Below, one piece after another: positions 12,356 through 25,330 of a stretch of 64,000 nucleotides of DNA; position 1 is the stretch's first letter; each line of letters starts with the position of its first letter. The notes below the pieces were generated by a model. That model worked only from the letters and a program-made list of their open reading frames with translations, ran no database searches and was not told the origin of the DNA. The DNA lies in the NCBI GenBank assembly GCA_036785375.1, contig JAWMAR010001515.1:186001-250000 (forward strand), written 5' to 3'. The DNA is from Leucoraja ocellata (taxonomy: Eukaryota). A program made the position numbers and the translations under genes.

Positions 12356-14325
12356 GTAGACATAAAATGCTGGAATAACTTAGCAGGACAGGCAGCATCT
12401 CTGGAGAGAAGGAACGGGTGACGTTTCGGGTCGAGACCATTCGTCAGGGGAGTGGGCGGGACAGAGATAGAATGTAGTCGGAGACAGTAAGACTGGTGGG
12501 AGAAATGGGAATGGGGAGGGGATAGTGAGGGAGAGCAAGGGCTATTTGAAGTTAGAGAAGTCAATGTTCATACCGCTGGGGTGTAAGCTACCCATACGAA
12601 ATGTGAGGTGCTATTCCTCCAATTTGCACTGGGCCTCACTCTGACAATGGAGGAGGCCCAGGACAGAAAGGTCAGATTGGGAATGGGAGGGGGAGATAGT
12701 GCTGAGCAACCGGGAGATCAGGTAGGTTAAGGCAGACTGAGTGGAGGTGTTCAGCGAAACGATCATCGAGCCTGCGCTTGGGTCACGCCGATGTACAGAA
12801 GTTGTACAGAAGCGGATACAGTAGATGAGGTTGGATCAGGTGTAAGTAAACCTCTGCCTCACCTGAAAAGACTGTCAGGGTCCTTGGATGGAGTCAAGGG
12901 GGGAGGTAAAAGGACTGGTGTTGCATCTCCTGTGGTTGCAGAGGAAAGTAACTGGGAGGGGGTAATTTGGGCGGGGAGGGACGTTTAGCAGGGAGTTGCG
13001 GAGGGAACGGTCTCTGCGGAAAGCAGAAAGGTGTTAAGATGGGAAGATGTGGCCAGTAGTAGGATCCCGTTGGAGGTGGTGAAAGAGTTGGAGGATTGTT
13101 TGCCGTATGCGACGGTTGATGGGGTGGAAGGTGAGGACAAACGGGACACTCTCCTTGATGCGAATGGGGGAAGGGGGAGCAAGAGCGGAGCTGCGGGATA
13201 TCGAGGAGACCCTCGTGAGAGCCTCATCTATAATGGAAGAGGGGAACCCCTGTTTCCTAAAGAATGAGAACATCTCCGATTGTCTAGTATGGAAAACCTC
13301 ATCCTGGGCGCAGATGTGGCGTAGACGGAGGAATTGGGAGTAGGGGATAGAGTCATTACATGAATCAGGGTGGGAAGAAGTGTTGGCTGGAAAGCTATGG
13401 GAGTCAGTAGGTTTATAGTAGATTTTGGTCAATAGTCTGTCTGGAGACGGTGAGATCCAGAAACGGTAGGGAGATATCGGAAATGGTCCAAGTTAATTTG
13501 AGTGCAGTATAGAAATTGGTGAAGTTGATGAAGTCAGTGAGTTCTGCATGGGTGCAGGAGGTAACACCGATGCAGTCGGCAATGCACAGTTCGGGGATAG
13601 GGCCAGTGATTGTTCGACGTACAGTGATTGTTCGACGTACCCTACAAAGAGGCAGGCATAGCTGGGGCCCATGCGAGTGCCCATAGCCACACTTTGGATT
13701 TGGAGGAAGGAGGAGTAGTCGAAGGAGAAGTTGTTGAGGGTAAGGACCAGCTCCGATAGGCGGAGCAACATAATGGTGGACGGAAATTGGCTGGTTCTGT
13801 GGTCGAGGAAGAAACTGAGGGCTTTAAGACCTTCCTGGCGGGGGGATGGAGGTGAAGAGTGACTGGACATCCATAGTAAAGATGAGGGAGTGGGGGCCTG
13901 GAAAACGGAAGTCGTTGAAGAGACGGAGAGAGTGTGAGGTGTCTTGGACATAGGTAGGGAGGGATTGGACCAGGGAGGATAGGATGGAGTTGATGTATGT
14001 GGAAATTAATTTGGTGGGAAATGAACAAGCAGAAACAATGGGTCTGCCAGGACAGTTCTGTTTGTGGATTTTGGGGAGAAGATAAAATCGGGCCGTGCAA
14101 GGCTGGGGAACGATAAGGTTGGAGGCTTTATAGGGCGATGAGCCGAAAGTAATAAAATCAGAAATGGTGTGTGATATTAAGGTCTTGTGCTCGTCTGTGG
14201 GATCATGGTCCAAGGATAAGTAGGAAGGGGTGTCTGAAAGTTGTTGCCTAGCCTCAGCCCGGTAGAGGTCAGCACGCCAGGCTACCATGGCACCTCCCCT
14301 GTCGGCGGGTTTGATTATCAATTTT
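12356..14325 (-). mobile_element. Penelope-like element (probably Neptune clade), RT plus GIY-YIG, decayed
   Basis: IIKPADRGG, FYLLPKIHK..PGRPIVS, MDVQSLFTSIP, AMGTRMGPSYACLFVGYVE, IPYSQFLRLRHIC; terminal repeat with hammerhead-like core at 12417-12447. Confidence 0.9.
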
Positions 14326-14589
14326 CTGAGGTGTCGTCTGCCCTGATACTAGGGCATTGCGAGCTACAGTACATCTGGTTCATTGATATGCAGTGTAACA
14401 AATGGAGCACTGCCTTATCTCATGAGAATAAAGGTGTGTCAAATAAATGAAGGATTAATTAAAAAGGAGTGAAGTGGAAGTATCCAATATCAGAGAAAAA
14501 GAAAGGGCAAAACACGATGCAGAGAGAGATAAAAGAGAGATAAAAGAAAACAAAATAATTGAAATATTGAATACTAAATTTTGCTAAAG

Positions 14590-15222
14590 AAAGGAACTTT
14601 ATTCCTTGTAGTGCAGGAGGATGATGGGTGATCTTATCAGGAAGATGGAGTGTGATGTGTGATGCTACAGAAGGCTGTGGAGGCCATCAATGGATATTTT
14701 TAAGGCAGAGATAAATGGATTCTTGATTAGTACAGGTGTTAAGGATTATGGGGAGAAGGCAGGAGAATGGGGTTAGGAGGGAGAGATAGATCAGCCATAA
14801 TTAAATGGCGGAGTAGATCTGATGGGCCCATTGGCCTAATTCTGCTCCTACCACTTATGACTTTATAGAGGTGTACAGTATGAGATCATGAGGGGAATAT
14901 GAGATGAATAGATAGGGTAAATGCACAGTCTTTTACCTATAGATTTAAGGAGGTGGGGGGGGGGAGATTTAATATGAACCTGAGGGGCAACTTTTTTTAC
15001 ACAAAGGGTGGTAGGTATATTTCAAGTTGCCGGAGGAAGTAGTTAAGGCAGGTACAATCGCAACATGTAAAATACAATGGGACAGAGATACATGGATAGA
15101 ATAGGTTTAGAGGAATATTGGCGAAATGCAGGCAGGTAGAACTAGGAGATGGCGCATGTTAACCGGTGTGGGAAAGTTTGGCCAAAGGGCATGCTTTCCA
15201 TGCTGTATGGCTCTATGGCTAT
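14590..15222 (+). mobile_element. Nested degraded CR1 3' ends
   Basis: CR1 3' motifs (gaggggcaacttttttacacaaagggtggt; ggattatggggagaaggcagg) from two subfamilies. Confidence 0.65.
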
Positions 15223-15258
15223 AAAGGAATCCAATGCATAAAGAGGTGAAATTCCATG

Positions 15259-17309
15259 TTTATTAATATTCTGCAAAAGATTGATTAGAAGTCATCAATA
15301 ATCATTGCAATGTTAAAAGAATGTGAACCCCTTTTATTTTTAGGTTTATTTTTCAATATTTAAATTCTGTTACTCTTTCAGCAAAACCTGACACAATATT
15401 TCATAATTAAAATCTTCTTGGAGGTTTTTACCTCACAATACACTGTAAGACAGTTTTGCAAGTTGCTAAGTCATACGTTGGTCTGCTGGAAGGGACCATT
15501 CCAATTAAAAAATTGGTCAAAATTACACAATTAAAAAAACAACTGAATACTCATTTGTGCCTGTGCAAAAATCCTAAATGTTATCCAGTTTAGTTCTGTT
15601 CAGTTGGCATCTTCTTAAACAAGCCCTTTATCAAAAATAGTGAATTAGGTTTAACAGAGATTTTAATTAAAAAAAACTAAAGAAAGACTGGAATAGTTGA
15701 AGGTTTAAATAATTTTCTTGTTTAAAACTAATATGGAATATGATTACTTCCATTTTAGTTTTCATCATCTAGATGTATATACATCTCAACTAGCAGCAAA
15801 TCACACCGTAAAAAATACATTCAATTTCAAATAAACCCACAATGTAAAATTATGTACATATTTTGTAGGCACGTTAAATACTACACAGATTGCAGTAGCA
15901 TTTGAATATGCATTGTAAAGTACCTGCTGAATGAGTCTTAATGCTTTAGTTAAATGATTATTACCAAATGTTTTAGACTACATTTGCACTTAGCAAAAAC
16001 CCCCCCACTATCATTGAAGGAGACATGTATCTTTGTCAACATGTTCTACAGATACATTGAGGGGTTAACAATGGAAGATAAATGTGTATAAATATTTTCT
16101 CTTTATATGACATCTATTTATCTTGTTATGATATTAACTGAAATTATGTATGAGCCTTTAAGTTTCCCCAGACGTGGTGTAGTTGGGGAGCGTGGGGTGA
16201 TTGAGACAGAAACTAATAAAATCTGGCACCTGCTATATGAACACATTTGGGCAGGACAGGTTAGTTGTATAATATGTATTGTATAACAACACTAAAGCCA
16301 ATGCAAATTTCTTCTTTCTTACTTGTTTGACGGAATGGTCAAATATGTAATAGCTTTCTATGTAACCTTTATAAATCCTGCCGGATTTTCTATTTTAATG
16401 TGGTCAATAAAAATATCTATACTTTTCCAGTTTGGACGTTGGTGTCTGGACAGGATTTTTCAGGAATATCTCCAGCTCCAGGGCAGCACAGTGATGCAAC
16501 TGGTAGAGCTGCTACCTCACAACGCCAGAGACCCAGGTTTGATCTTGACTCCGTGTGCTGTCTGCGTGGAGTATGCACGTTCTCCCTGTGATCGTGTGGG
16601 TTTCTTCCAGGTGCACCTGTTTCCTCCCACATTCACAAAACTTGCAGATTTATGGGTTAATTGGCCTTTGTAAAATTGTGCCTAGAACATAGAACTAGTG
16701 TGAACGGATGATCGATGGTCGGCGTGAACTTGATGAGCTGAAGGGTCTCTTTCCTCACTGCATCTCTTGGTGAAATAGCATAGCTGACAGCTGATCGTTT
16801 TATTATTCCTTCCCTATCTTTTCTCAAACATCTCCCCCCCCCCTCCATCTCCAACAGCTAGGGGACATTTCCAGAAGCTAGTCCAATTGATTATTGTTAT
16901 GCTAAAGAAAAGACTGACTTTTTGAACCAGAAAATAACGTTGCGTTATTCCCTCCAACAATTTGTGCATATCCTTTATCTCAGCATATTCAAAACAGAAA
17001 CCTTTTTTTTCACAAACCACGGAGTGCTGATTGGCCTCTTCATTAATATAGTCCACTCCGATGATGTCACTCCAGCATCTTATTAAAAGCAACAAGATTC
17101 AGTACACTTCCTTCAAAAATAATGTGCAAATTAACTTCAATGACATGGAATCCTTTATAGCCTTTGGGCAAGTGCATGAACTCATAGCTGTTTGACATAT
17201 GTACGTACCAGCCTAAATCAAAGCCATTAGATTATTTAACAAAATCCAAGATTTGAATATTAAATCTGTTCTATTCATTGCAGGCACTAAATCATCAATG
17301 TTGCTGATA
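15259..17309 (-). other. FRK: Putative FRK 3' UTR
   Basis: AT-rich, largely TE-free sequence downstream of the stop; minus-strand AATAAA at 15259-15264, 15333-15338 and 15345-15350 (another near 16800). Confidence 0.45.
16480..16765 (+). mobile_element. tRNA-derived V-SINE (HE1-like)
   Basis: tRNA-like head (degenerate A/B boxes) then V-domain-like GTGGAGTATGCACGTTCTCCCTGTG..GTGGGTTTC..TTTCCTCCCAC. Confidence 0.8.
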
Positions 17310-17524
17310 TTAACTAACAAAAGCTTGAGCATCTGTGTAGGCTGAAAGATCAGTCTCAAAGAAGTCCTCCAGCTTCCATTGGAGGGTCTCAAATGTTGGC
17401 CGTTCACAATCATTGTCTTTCCAACAATCTATCATGATTTCATACAGTGGCGGGGGGCATTCTGCAGGGCAAGGCATTCTGTATCCTTTTGCCAACTCCT
17501 GGATTACTTGATAATTTGTCATCC
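17310..17524 (-). CDS. FRK: FRK last coding exon (kinase C-lobe and regulatory tail)
   Basis: (G)MTNYQVIQELAKGYRMPCPAECPPPLYEIMIDCWKDNDCERPTFETLQWKLEDFFETDLSAYTDAQAFVS*; acceptor tttcag; TAA stop. Confidence 0.95.
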
Positions 17525-17887
17525 CTGAAATAAAGAAAACGTTCAACATTTTACAAAATTTTAAAAACACAGAAACAGTTAATAAATGTGCCATAAATTT
17601 CACAAAAGTTACATATTTTTTCATTTTTAACTTTTTATTAAAAAACGCTTCAAAAGCTATTACTAATTCCATGAGAGGGGTTACTAGTCTCATCTTCAGA
17701 CAGTATCTGCCGCATGTATTTAGTCTGTCTGCAGCAATATTCGGATTTGCAACAAGTTTGTTTACTAGCATAAATATGACACACATGCGGAAACTGTTCC
17801 TAATTTGGATTTCCATTTGCTCAAACCGCTCCAGAAAAGTTCAAGAAGGAAGGAAAGATGTCAGCATCTTAGTGATCCTGAATTTGA

Positions 17888-18662
17888 AGGACCTGTCCCA
17901 CTTAGGCGATTTTTCAGCGGACCGATTGTCAAGTTCGAGGCACTCGCCTGAAAAACCGGGAACTGGAACGGCGACTGTCAGAGTGAAACACACAGACACA
18001 CACCTCGCGAAGGCGGGGGCCAGGACAAATGGGGGGAGCGCTGTCTGAAATTCACACGGTGCAAAGCCAAAATAATAGACACACAACACGATGAACAGTG
18101 TACGTTAAGTCCTTTAAAAGAGGGGGGAGGGGGGAAGGGGGAGATGGGAGCGGGGGGTGGGGGGGGGGGGGAGGAGTGGAGACACTTTTAAGAAGCAGAC
18201 AACTTTTAGTAAGCCAGTGATACACAACTGTGAAGTTTGGCGGGAATTTAATATTACCGGTCGGTTATCCTTGGTTCTGAAAATTCGTGCTTGCGTATTT
18301 TTTCCCCAATGAGCCAATGAAAATGCCCGGTCAGCAAAGGCGATTACCTAAAACAACCTACGACTACCTCGACTACCCATAACTATATGGCGATCCCACT
18401 ACAACTGCACCTACAACTACAGGATTATTGATTTTTCCATGGCGACCAATTTTTGATCGCAGAAAATTTTTCAACATGTTGAAAAATTTACGGCAACCAT
18501 ACTGTGGCCGCGACTAGTTCCCAGAATGTGGGAACTCCTCGCGACTACGAAGGAGACTCACCAGAGACCACCAGCGAACATCTGGCGACCATGTGGTGAT
18601 CATGTGGCGAGTGCAGAGTCTCCTGCACAGTCCTAAAAAGTCGCCTAAGTGGGGCAGGCCTT
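17888..18662. mobile_element. PIF/Harbinger-like non-autonomous element in the last FRK intron
   Basis: TIRs AGGACCTGTCCCACTTAGGCGA / TCGCCTAAGTGGGGCAGGCCT; internal CGAC-rich short repeats; same TIR family as 21073. Confidence 0.8.
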
Positions 18663-18685
18663 TATGGATATTAAGTGATAAACTA

Positions 18686-18853
<168 letters not shown>

Positions 18854-19090
18854 CTAATGATATCAAAAATGGTATCAGTAACCATGTATCTAACAGTTCA
18901 AATAACATAATAAATTATATTGACAAGATATTGGCATTATATTTTGCTGATCAGGGCTCAATGTCCACACTCATTGCTCAGAATCAGCATTGTTCCTCAC
19001 AACCACATTCAGTCGTCCAACATGCATATCAGCCCATGTCTGTTGTTTAAATGAACAATAAAATGAATGGAATATAATTGTTATTCTTAC

Positions 19091-19272
19091 CATAAAAACT
19101 CGGGCAAGTCCAAAATCAGCTACCTTACAGATGTTGTTCTCCCCAACCAGAACATTCCTGGCAGCTAAATCACGATGAATATAATTTTGAACTTCCAGAT
19201 ATGCCATTCCTGAAGCTACTTGCGCCGACATTTCCAGTAGGTCACTTATGGTCAAACTCATTCCCTGGTTTT
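19091..19272 (-). CDS. FRK: FRK kinase exon (catalytic loop, DFG), 182 bp
   Basis: [60 protein letters not shown]; caacag acceptor and gtaaga donor. Confidence 0.95.
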
Positions 19273-19504
19273 CTGTTGAAATTAATATATGGCAAATATT
19301 ACATTTCAAAAATTATTTCCATTTGTCCTTAAACTGTCTTATCTAGTAATAAATAAATCACTGGGTCTTAAACCTCTCATTGCCAAGTGTCTTCTGACAA
19401 AATTAAAGTCTGAATACAAGATCTGTTTACCATGAAATTGAGCTTATTGTACAGCCTTGTTTGAATTCAGAATACTTCCTATGGTTTAACTTCATTAAAA
19501 ATAG

Positions 19505-19690
19505 TCAATGGATATTTTTAAGGTGGAAATTGACAGATTCTTTATTAGTCAGGATGCCAGAGGTTGTGGGGAAAAGGCAGGAGAATATGGTTGAGAGGAA
19601 AAGATAGATCAGCCATGATTAAAAGGCATAGTAGACTTGATGGGCCAAATGGCCTTATTCTACTGCGAGAACTTATGAACTTATGTATGC
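19505..19690 (+). mobile_element. CR1 3' tail fragment
   Basis: ggggaaaaggcaggagaat..agatcagccatgatt..gatgggccaaatggcc, matching other CR1 ends here. Confidence 0.65.
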
Positions 19691-19694
19691 AGTA

Positions 19695-20225
19695 ATTTCA
19701 ATTTCAAAAACATAAAGTGCAAGTGAAATGAACTTGCCAGCAGTGGTACAATGAAAAAAGAACACCCAAAAACACAATAAAAATTTAACACAAATATCCA
19801 CCACAGCATTCATCACTGTTCTGGAATGCAGAAAAATTGGCCAGTCCTCCTCCATTTCCCCCGTGGTCGGGACCTCAACCCTCCGCAGCCGCCGCTGCGG
19901 CGTCCAGATGTGCAGACAGGTAAAAGTCCAGGTAAGTCCAGAATCAGCTCTTCCCCACCGGAGACCGCAGCTTCAGGTTGGTGTAGGCCACAGGCCGGCG
20001 GTCGAAGATTTAAAGTTCCCGGCGCGCCGCAGCCAGAAGCACCACAGACCGCAGAGCCGGCGGTTGAAGCTCCCCTCCAGGGGTCCCCGGCGAGGGACCC
20101 TGCTCCTGATGGTAAGTCCCCACCGCGCCCGCGGTAGAAGTAGGCAGCGGGCAGGCAGTGGAAGCCTCTTCTCCTCCGGGGTCCCCAACGACGGATCCCA
20201 GGCTGCGTTACCTGGAGCTATGACC
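19695..20225 (-). mobile_element. Unclassified GC-rich interspersed repeat with LINE-like 3' tail
   Basis: CpG-rich body; tail similar to 41265-41350 and 62536-62775 (gtgaaatga..aatttaacacaaa.atcc.ccacagca). Confidence 0.5.
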
Positions 20226-21072
20226 TTTTAAGGTGATGAAAAGTTATCAACCAGATGAAATCAGACCTATTTCTTAATTTACAAACTGCAAAGGAATTTT
20301 TTCCACGTAAATGTCACCTGAAATTAAAGGTATTTTGTCAAAATTGGCATTTGCAAACCTTGTTTAGGTAGTGTAGTATTCTTGACATCTAAAGATTCTT
20401 AATCAAGATTCCATTTATTATTTGGCATAATCAAATTGAAGCAAACAAATGGCCAAACAAAGTATGGGTGAGAAAGAACTGCAGATGCTGGATAAAATCG
20501 AAAGTAGACACAAAATGCTGGAGTAACTCAGCGGGTGAGGCAGCATCTGTGGAGAGAAGGAATGGGTGACATTTCGGGTCGAGACCCTTCTTCAGACTGC
20601 TGTCAGAGGGGGTGGGAAACTGATAGAAAGTGGGTGGGGGCAGTAGGACAAGGGAGAACTGGGAAAGGGGAGGGGAAGGAGGGAGAAAGCAAGGGCTATC
20701 TGAAATTAGAGAAGTCAATGTTCATACCGCTGGGGTATAAACGATCCAAGCGAAATATGAGGTGCTGTTCCTCCAATTTACGCCGGGCCTCACTCTGACA
20801 ATGGAGGAGGCCCAGGACAAAAAGGTCAGATTGAGAATGGGAGGGGGAGTTGAAGTGCTGGGCCACTGGGAGATCAGGTTAGTTACGACGGACTGAGCGG
20901 AGGTGTGTTCAGCGAAATGATCGCCAAGCCTGCACTTGGTCTCGTCGATGTAGAGAAGTTGACACCTGGAACAGCGGTTGCAGTAGATGAGGTTGGAGGA
21001 GGTGCAGGTGAACCTCTGCCACACCTGGAAAGACTGATTGGGTCCTTGGATGGAGTTGAAGAGGGAGGAAAA

Positions 21073-21173
21073 TGGGCCTGGTCCACTTAGGCGATTTTTC
21101 AGCGGACTGCCGGTGATGTGACTGCATAGTCCTCTGCAGTTGCCTAAAAAGTCGCCTAAGTGGGACAGGCCCG
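21073..21173. mobile_element. 101-bp Harbinger-like MITE (deletion derivative)
   Basis: TGGGCCTGGTCCACTTAGGCGATTTTT...AAAAAGTCGCCTAAGTGGGACAGGCCCG with AAA on both flanks, inside the Penelope-like element. Confidence 0.85.
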
Positions 21174-22000
21174 AAAGGGACAAGTGTAGCTTCTCCTGCA
21201 GTTGCAGGGGAAAGTACCCAGTGAGGAGGTGGTTTGGGTGGGAAGGGACAAATTGACCAGGGAGTTATAGAGGGAATGGTCTCTGTGGAAAGCAGAAAGA
21301 GGTGAAGATGGGAAGATGTGGCCAATAGTGAGATCACGTTGGAGGTGGTGAAAATGTCGGAGGATTATATGTTGTATGCGATGGCTGATGGTGTGGAAGG
21401 TGTGGACAAGGGGGACTCTGTCCTTGTTACAAATTGAGGGAGGGGGAGTAAGAGCGGAGCTGCGGGATATAGAGGAGATCCCAGTGAGTGCCTCATCAAC
21501 AATGGAAAAGGGGATGTTCCATAAAGTTCCATAAAGAATGTGGACATCTCCTATGCCCAAATGAAACACCTCATTCTGGGCGCAGATGCGGCGTAACGGA
21601 GGAATAGGGAGTTGGGGATAGAGTCTTTACAGGAAGCAGGGTGGGAAAAAGTGTAGTCAAGATAGCTATGGGAGTCAGTGGGTTTGCAGTCGATGTCGGT
21701 CAGTTCTGTTACCTGCGATGGAGACGGTGAGGTCTAGAAACAGTAGTGAGATGTCTGAAATGGTCCAAGTGAATTTGAGAGCTGGATGGAAATTAGTGGT
21801 GAAGTGGATGAAGTCAGTGAGTTCTGCATGGGTGCAGGAGGTAGCACGAATGCAGTCGTCAATGTAGCGGAGGTAGAGTTCAGGGATAGGGCCAGTGTAC
21901 GCCTGGAACAGGGATTGTTCGATGTATCCTACAAAGAGGCAGGTATAGCTAGGGTGCCCATAGCTAGGCCTTGGATTTGGAGGAAATGGGAGGAGTCAAA

Positions 22001-22792
22001 GCATAAATCCTGGCCAAAATAGAGCCAAAATAAAGCAGAGGATTCATGCATTTACAAGGCCTGTTTGCCCCTTTCTGTGAAAGAAGCTACAGGATGCTAG
22101 CTGGTGCCGGGATGTCTAGGTCCCAGATCAATACCTCATATAAGGAAGGTCCAAATGTCTTAGCAATTGATAGTATGTATGATAATTTTCTAGAGAAACT
22201 CTAAGGTATTGTAAATGCATGGGTTTGATTGGATTACTGCAGAGGGATTGTAAATAATGTAAATAATGTTGCAAAAACAGTTACCCTGCTGTTTGTTGAT
22301 TGGCCAGAGTGTGAAGCCCGGGCTGAATTGTTTGTATTCCAGGGTAAATGTTGAATTATTGAGTTAAACTGACTTCCTTCCAGAAGCTTCTGTAAGAAAC
22401 ATTTTTTGGAACTCTTTGTAATTGGGTTGGGGAACTGTCAATAATACTTTGATGTAATTGATATTTATGATTGGTTTGTAAGGTGAACCACCCCTATGTT
22501 GTTCGGTCCCTGAAGGTTTGTTGACTTATAAAAGGTAGCCCCCATTTAGATCGATGTCGATCTTCTGGAAGGGCGCTTGGGACTTTGTGACATTTTGGTA
22601 GTGTCTGCTTGCACGAGGCTGAAGGGCTTTGTCAGGCAGAGACAAGGATCAAACCCACGGTGGTTTAGGTATCATATTGGGGAATTAGTTGTGTGTTCAA
22701 AAATAAAGATTAGATGGTCCAATGCTTGACTCAGTGTTTTACTGAACTAGACTAAGGGGGGTGGGGGGTAATAGGCTAGGAGCATATTTACA
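22001..22792 (+). mobile_element. Solo-LTR-like insertion
   Basis: Interrupts the Penelope-like RT; TATAAAA 22527-22533, AATAAA 22702-22707, ends TTTACA; no 5' TG seen. Confidence 0.5.
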
Positions 22793-23261
22793 AAAGGAGA
22801 CATTGTTCAGGGTAAGGACCAGCTCCGCTAGGCGGAGGAGTATAGGTAGACGGAAATTGGCTGTTCTGCGGTCGAGGAAGAAACTGAGGGCTTTAAGACC
22901 CTCCTGGTGGGGGATGGAGATGTAGAGTGACTGAACGTCCATAGTAAAGATGAGGGAGTAAGGTCTTGGAAAACGGAAGTCATGAAGGAGACGAAGAGCG
23001 TGTGAGGTGTCTTGGACATAGGTAGGGAGGGATTGGACCAGAGGGGATAGGATGGAGTCGAGGTATGTGAAAATTAGTTTGGTGGGACATGATCAAGCAG
23101 AAATAATGGGTCTGCCAGGAAACAGTTACACTCAGTTTCTCCTCACCATCATCTGTATACTGTCTTTCAGAGATCACATGAATATTGCAATTGTAGCTTT
23201 AACATGTACCTTGCCTTCACATTCTTGGATTTCTTGTTTAATTCTCTATTTGCAAACTTCT

Positions 23262-24480
23262 ACAGATGCACCATGGAAAGCATATTGTCAGGTTGCATCA
23301 CAGCTTGGTTTGGGAACAGCTCTGCCCAAGACCGTACGGAATTGTAGAGAGTTGTAAATGTAACCCGGTCCACCAAACGGCCCAGACTTCCCACCATTGT
23401 CTCAATCTACACTTCATGCTGCATCAGAAAAACAGCCTCTGTATCAGACTTGTCTTGCCCCAGTTATTCCTTCTTCTCTATACTCTCGTCAGGCAGAAGG
23501 TACCAAAACTTGAAAGCGTACACCACCAGAATCAGGAACAGATTCTTTCCCTCTATTATCAGGCTTACGAATCCATCGAACCATCCACTCCACAGTCAAA
23601 AAGGCACAACACAGGATGTACTTCCTGCGGCAGCTGAGGAAGCACAATCTGCCACAGGCAATGATGGCCCAATTCTACACGGCCATCGTAGAGTCTGTCC
23701 TCACCTTCTTCATCATAGTCTGGTTTAGCTCAGCCACCAAGCACGACACCTGGAGGCGGCAGCGAATCGTCTGATCAACAGAGAAGGTTATTGGCTGCAA
23801 CCTTCCCTCCATTGATGAACTGTACACTGCAAGGGCCAGGAAGCGAACGGGCAAGATCATCTCTGACCCCTCTCACCCTGGCCACAAACTCTTTGAATCA
23901 CTTCCCTCTGGAAGGCGACTCCGTATTGTCAAAGTTGTCACAGCCAGACATAAAAACAGTTTTTATCCACGAGTAGTTGCTCTACTCAACAGCCAAAAAT
24001 CTGTAGCCTCCCTTTGATCTGGTATTTTGTTGGTTCACATGCTTGATCAATGGTGTTTTATCATTCATGTCTTATTTTTATTAATCTTTAGTGTTTTCTG
24101 AGTCATTCGTATCTGTCACTGTATGTCATGTTGCTACTTGTGCGCGGAGCACCAAGGCAAATACCTTGTATGTGAATACTTGGCCAATAAACTTACTTAC
24201 TTACTTACTTACTTACTTATGAATGGTCCTTCCATAAGCTAGGTTACTGGTGGATTCAACTCTACCCCATTGTGGACTTTGGACTTTGTCCCTGAAAATG
24301 ATGCACTACAATGTAGAGAATTATAATCTGTCCTCTGCACCTCATTTGCCCTGTTTATTGTACTTGAGTTTGACGTGATTATATTTATGTATAGTATTAT
24401 CTGATCTGTTTGGATAGCATGCAAATCAAAGCTTTTGATGGTACCTCCGTACATGACAATAATAAACTAAAACCTAAAAT
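23262..24480 (+). mobile_element. Two nested Rex1/Babar 3' fragments
   Basis: KKAQHRMYFLRQLRK..SHPGHKLFESLPSGRR; (ACTT)n tail near 24191-24220; the older copy's UTR resumes after it. Confidence 0.82.
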
Positions 24481-24519
24481 TAGACTAGAGTCTTGGATGT
24501 TAGGTTCAGTACTGGGCAG

Positions 24520-24705
24520 AGTGGGTGGACAAATGGCTCAACTGGGAGAGCCTCCCAGCTCCCGCAACCTGAGTTCAATCCTGATTTCAGGTGCAGTTTG
24601 TATCTTCTCCTCATGACTGCATAGGTTTCCACTGGGTGCTTTGATTTCCCCACCACAGCCCATAGATGTGCAGTCGGTAGATATTTAATTGGCCAGTGTT
24701 AATTG
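24520..24705 (+). mobile_element. Degraded HE1/V-SINE-like copy
   Basis: ctgagttcaatcctgatttcaggtgc..ttctcctcatgactgcataggtttcc resembles the SINE at 16480. Confidence 0.5.
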
Positions 24706-24719
24706 ATGTAGATTTGAGT

Positions 24720-25330
24720 GACAGAGTTAGAGTCTTACAGCATGCAAACAGGCCCTTCAGCCCACCTTGCCTACACCGGCCAACATGTCCCACCAACACT
24801 AGTCCTACCTAACTGGCAGCTCATTCCATACACCTACCTCCCTTTATATGAAACAGTTACTCCTTGGATTCCTCTGAAATCTTTCTCCCCTAACCTTAAA
24901 CCTATGTGCTCTGATCCTCGATTCCCTCATTCCCAGCAAGACTCTGTGCATCTACCCAATCTATTCATCTCATGATTTTGTACACCTCTATCAGATCACC
25001 CCCTCATCCTTCTGCGCTCCAAGGAATAGATTCCTAACCTACTCAACCTCTCCCTATAGTTCAGACCCTCGGTGCCTGGCAACATCCTCGTAAATCTTTC
25101 CTGTAACACGCTGCCCAAAACTGAACACAATACTCTAAATACGGCCTCACCAATGTCTTATACAACTGCATTATAACCTCCCAGCTTCTATACTCAATGC
25201 TGTGACTGATGAAGGTCAATAAGACAAAAGCTTTTTTGACCACCCTATCTACCTGTGATGCCACTTTCAACAAACTATGTACCTGTACTCCTGGATTCCT
25301 CTGCTCTGCAACACTACCTAGAGCCCTCCT
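24720..25330 (-). mobile_element. CR1 LINE 3' fragment
   Basis: QVDRVVKKAF..EYRSWEVIMQLYKTLVRPYLEYCVQFW. Confidence 0.85.

Larger units (their letters stand above)
20470..23122 (-). mobile_element. Penelope-like element, decayed, interrupted by a MITE and an LTR-like insert
   Basis: GIY-YIG region FTCTSSNLIYCNRCSRCQLLYIDETKCRLGDHFAEH; Cys linker GTFPCNCRRSYTCP; RT pieces (LRLAELVLTLNN); collinear with 12356-14325. Confidence 0.88.

Noticed and set aside
17525-17816. N-terminal extension of ORF 17310..17816 (and similar extensions around other exons)
   Set aside because: Intronic; kinase homology starts at the AG acceptor.
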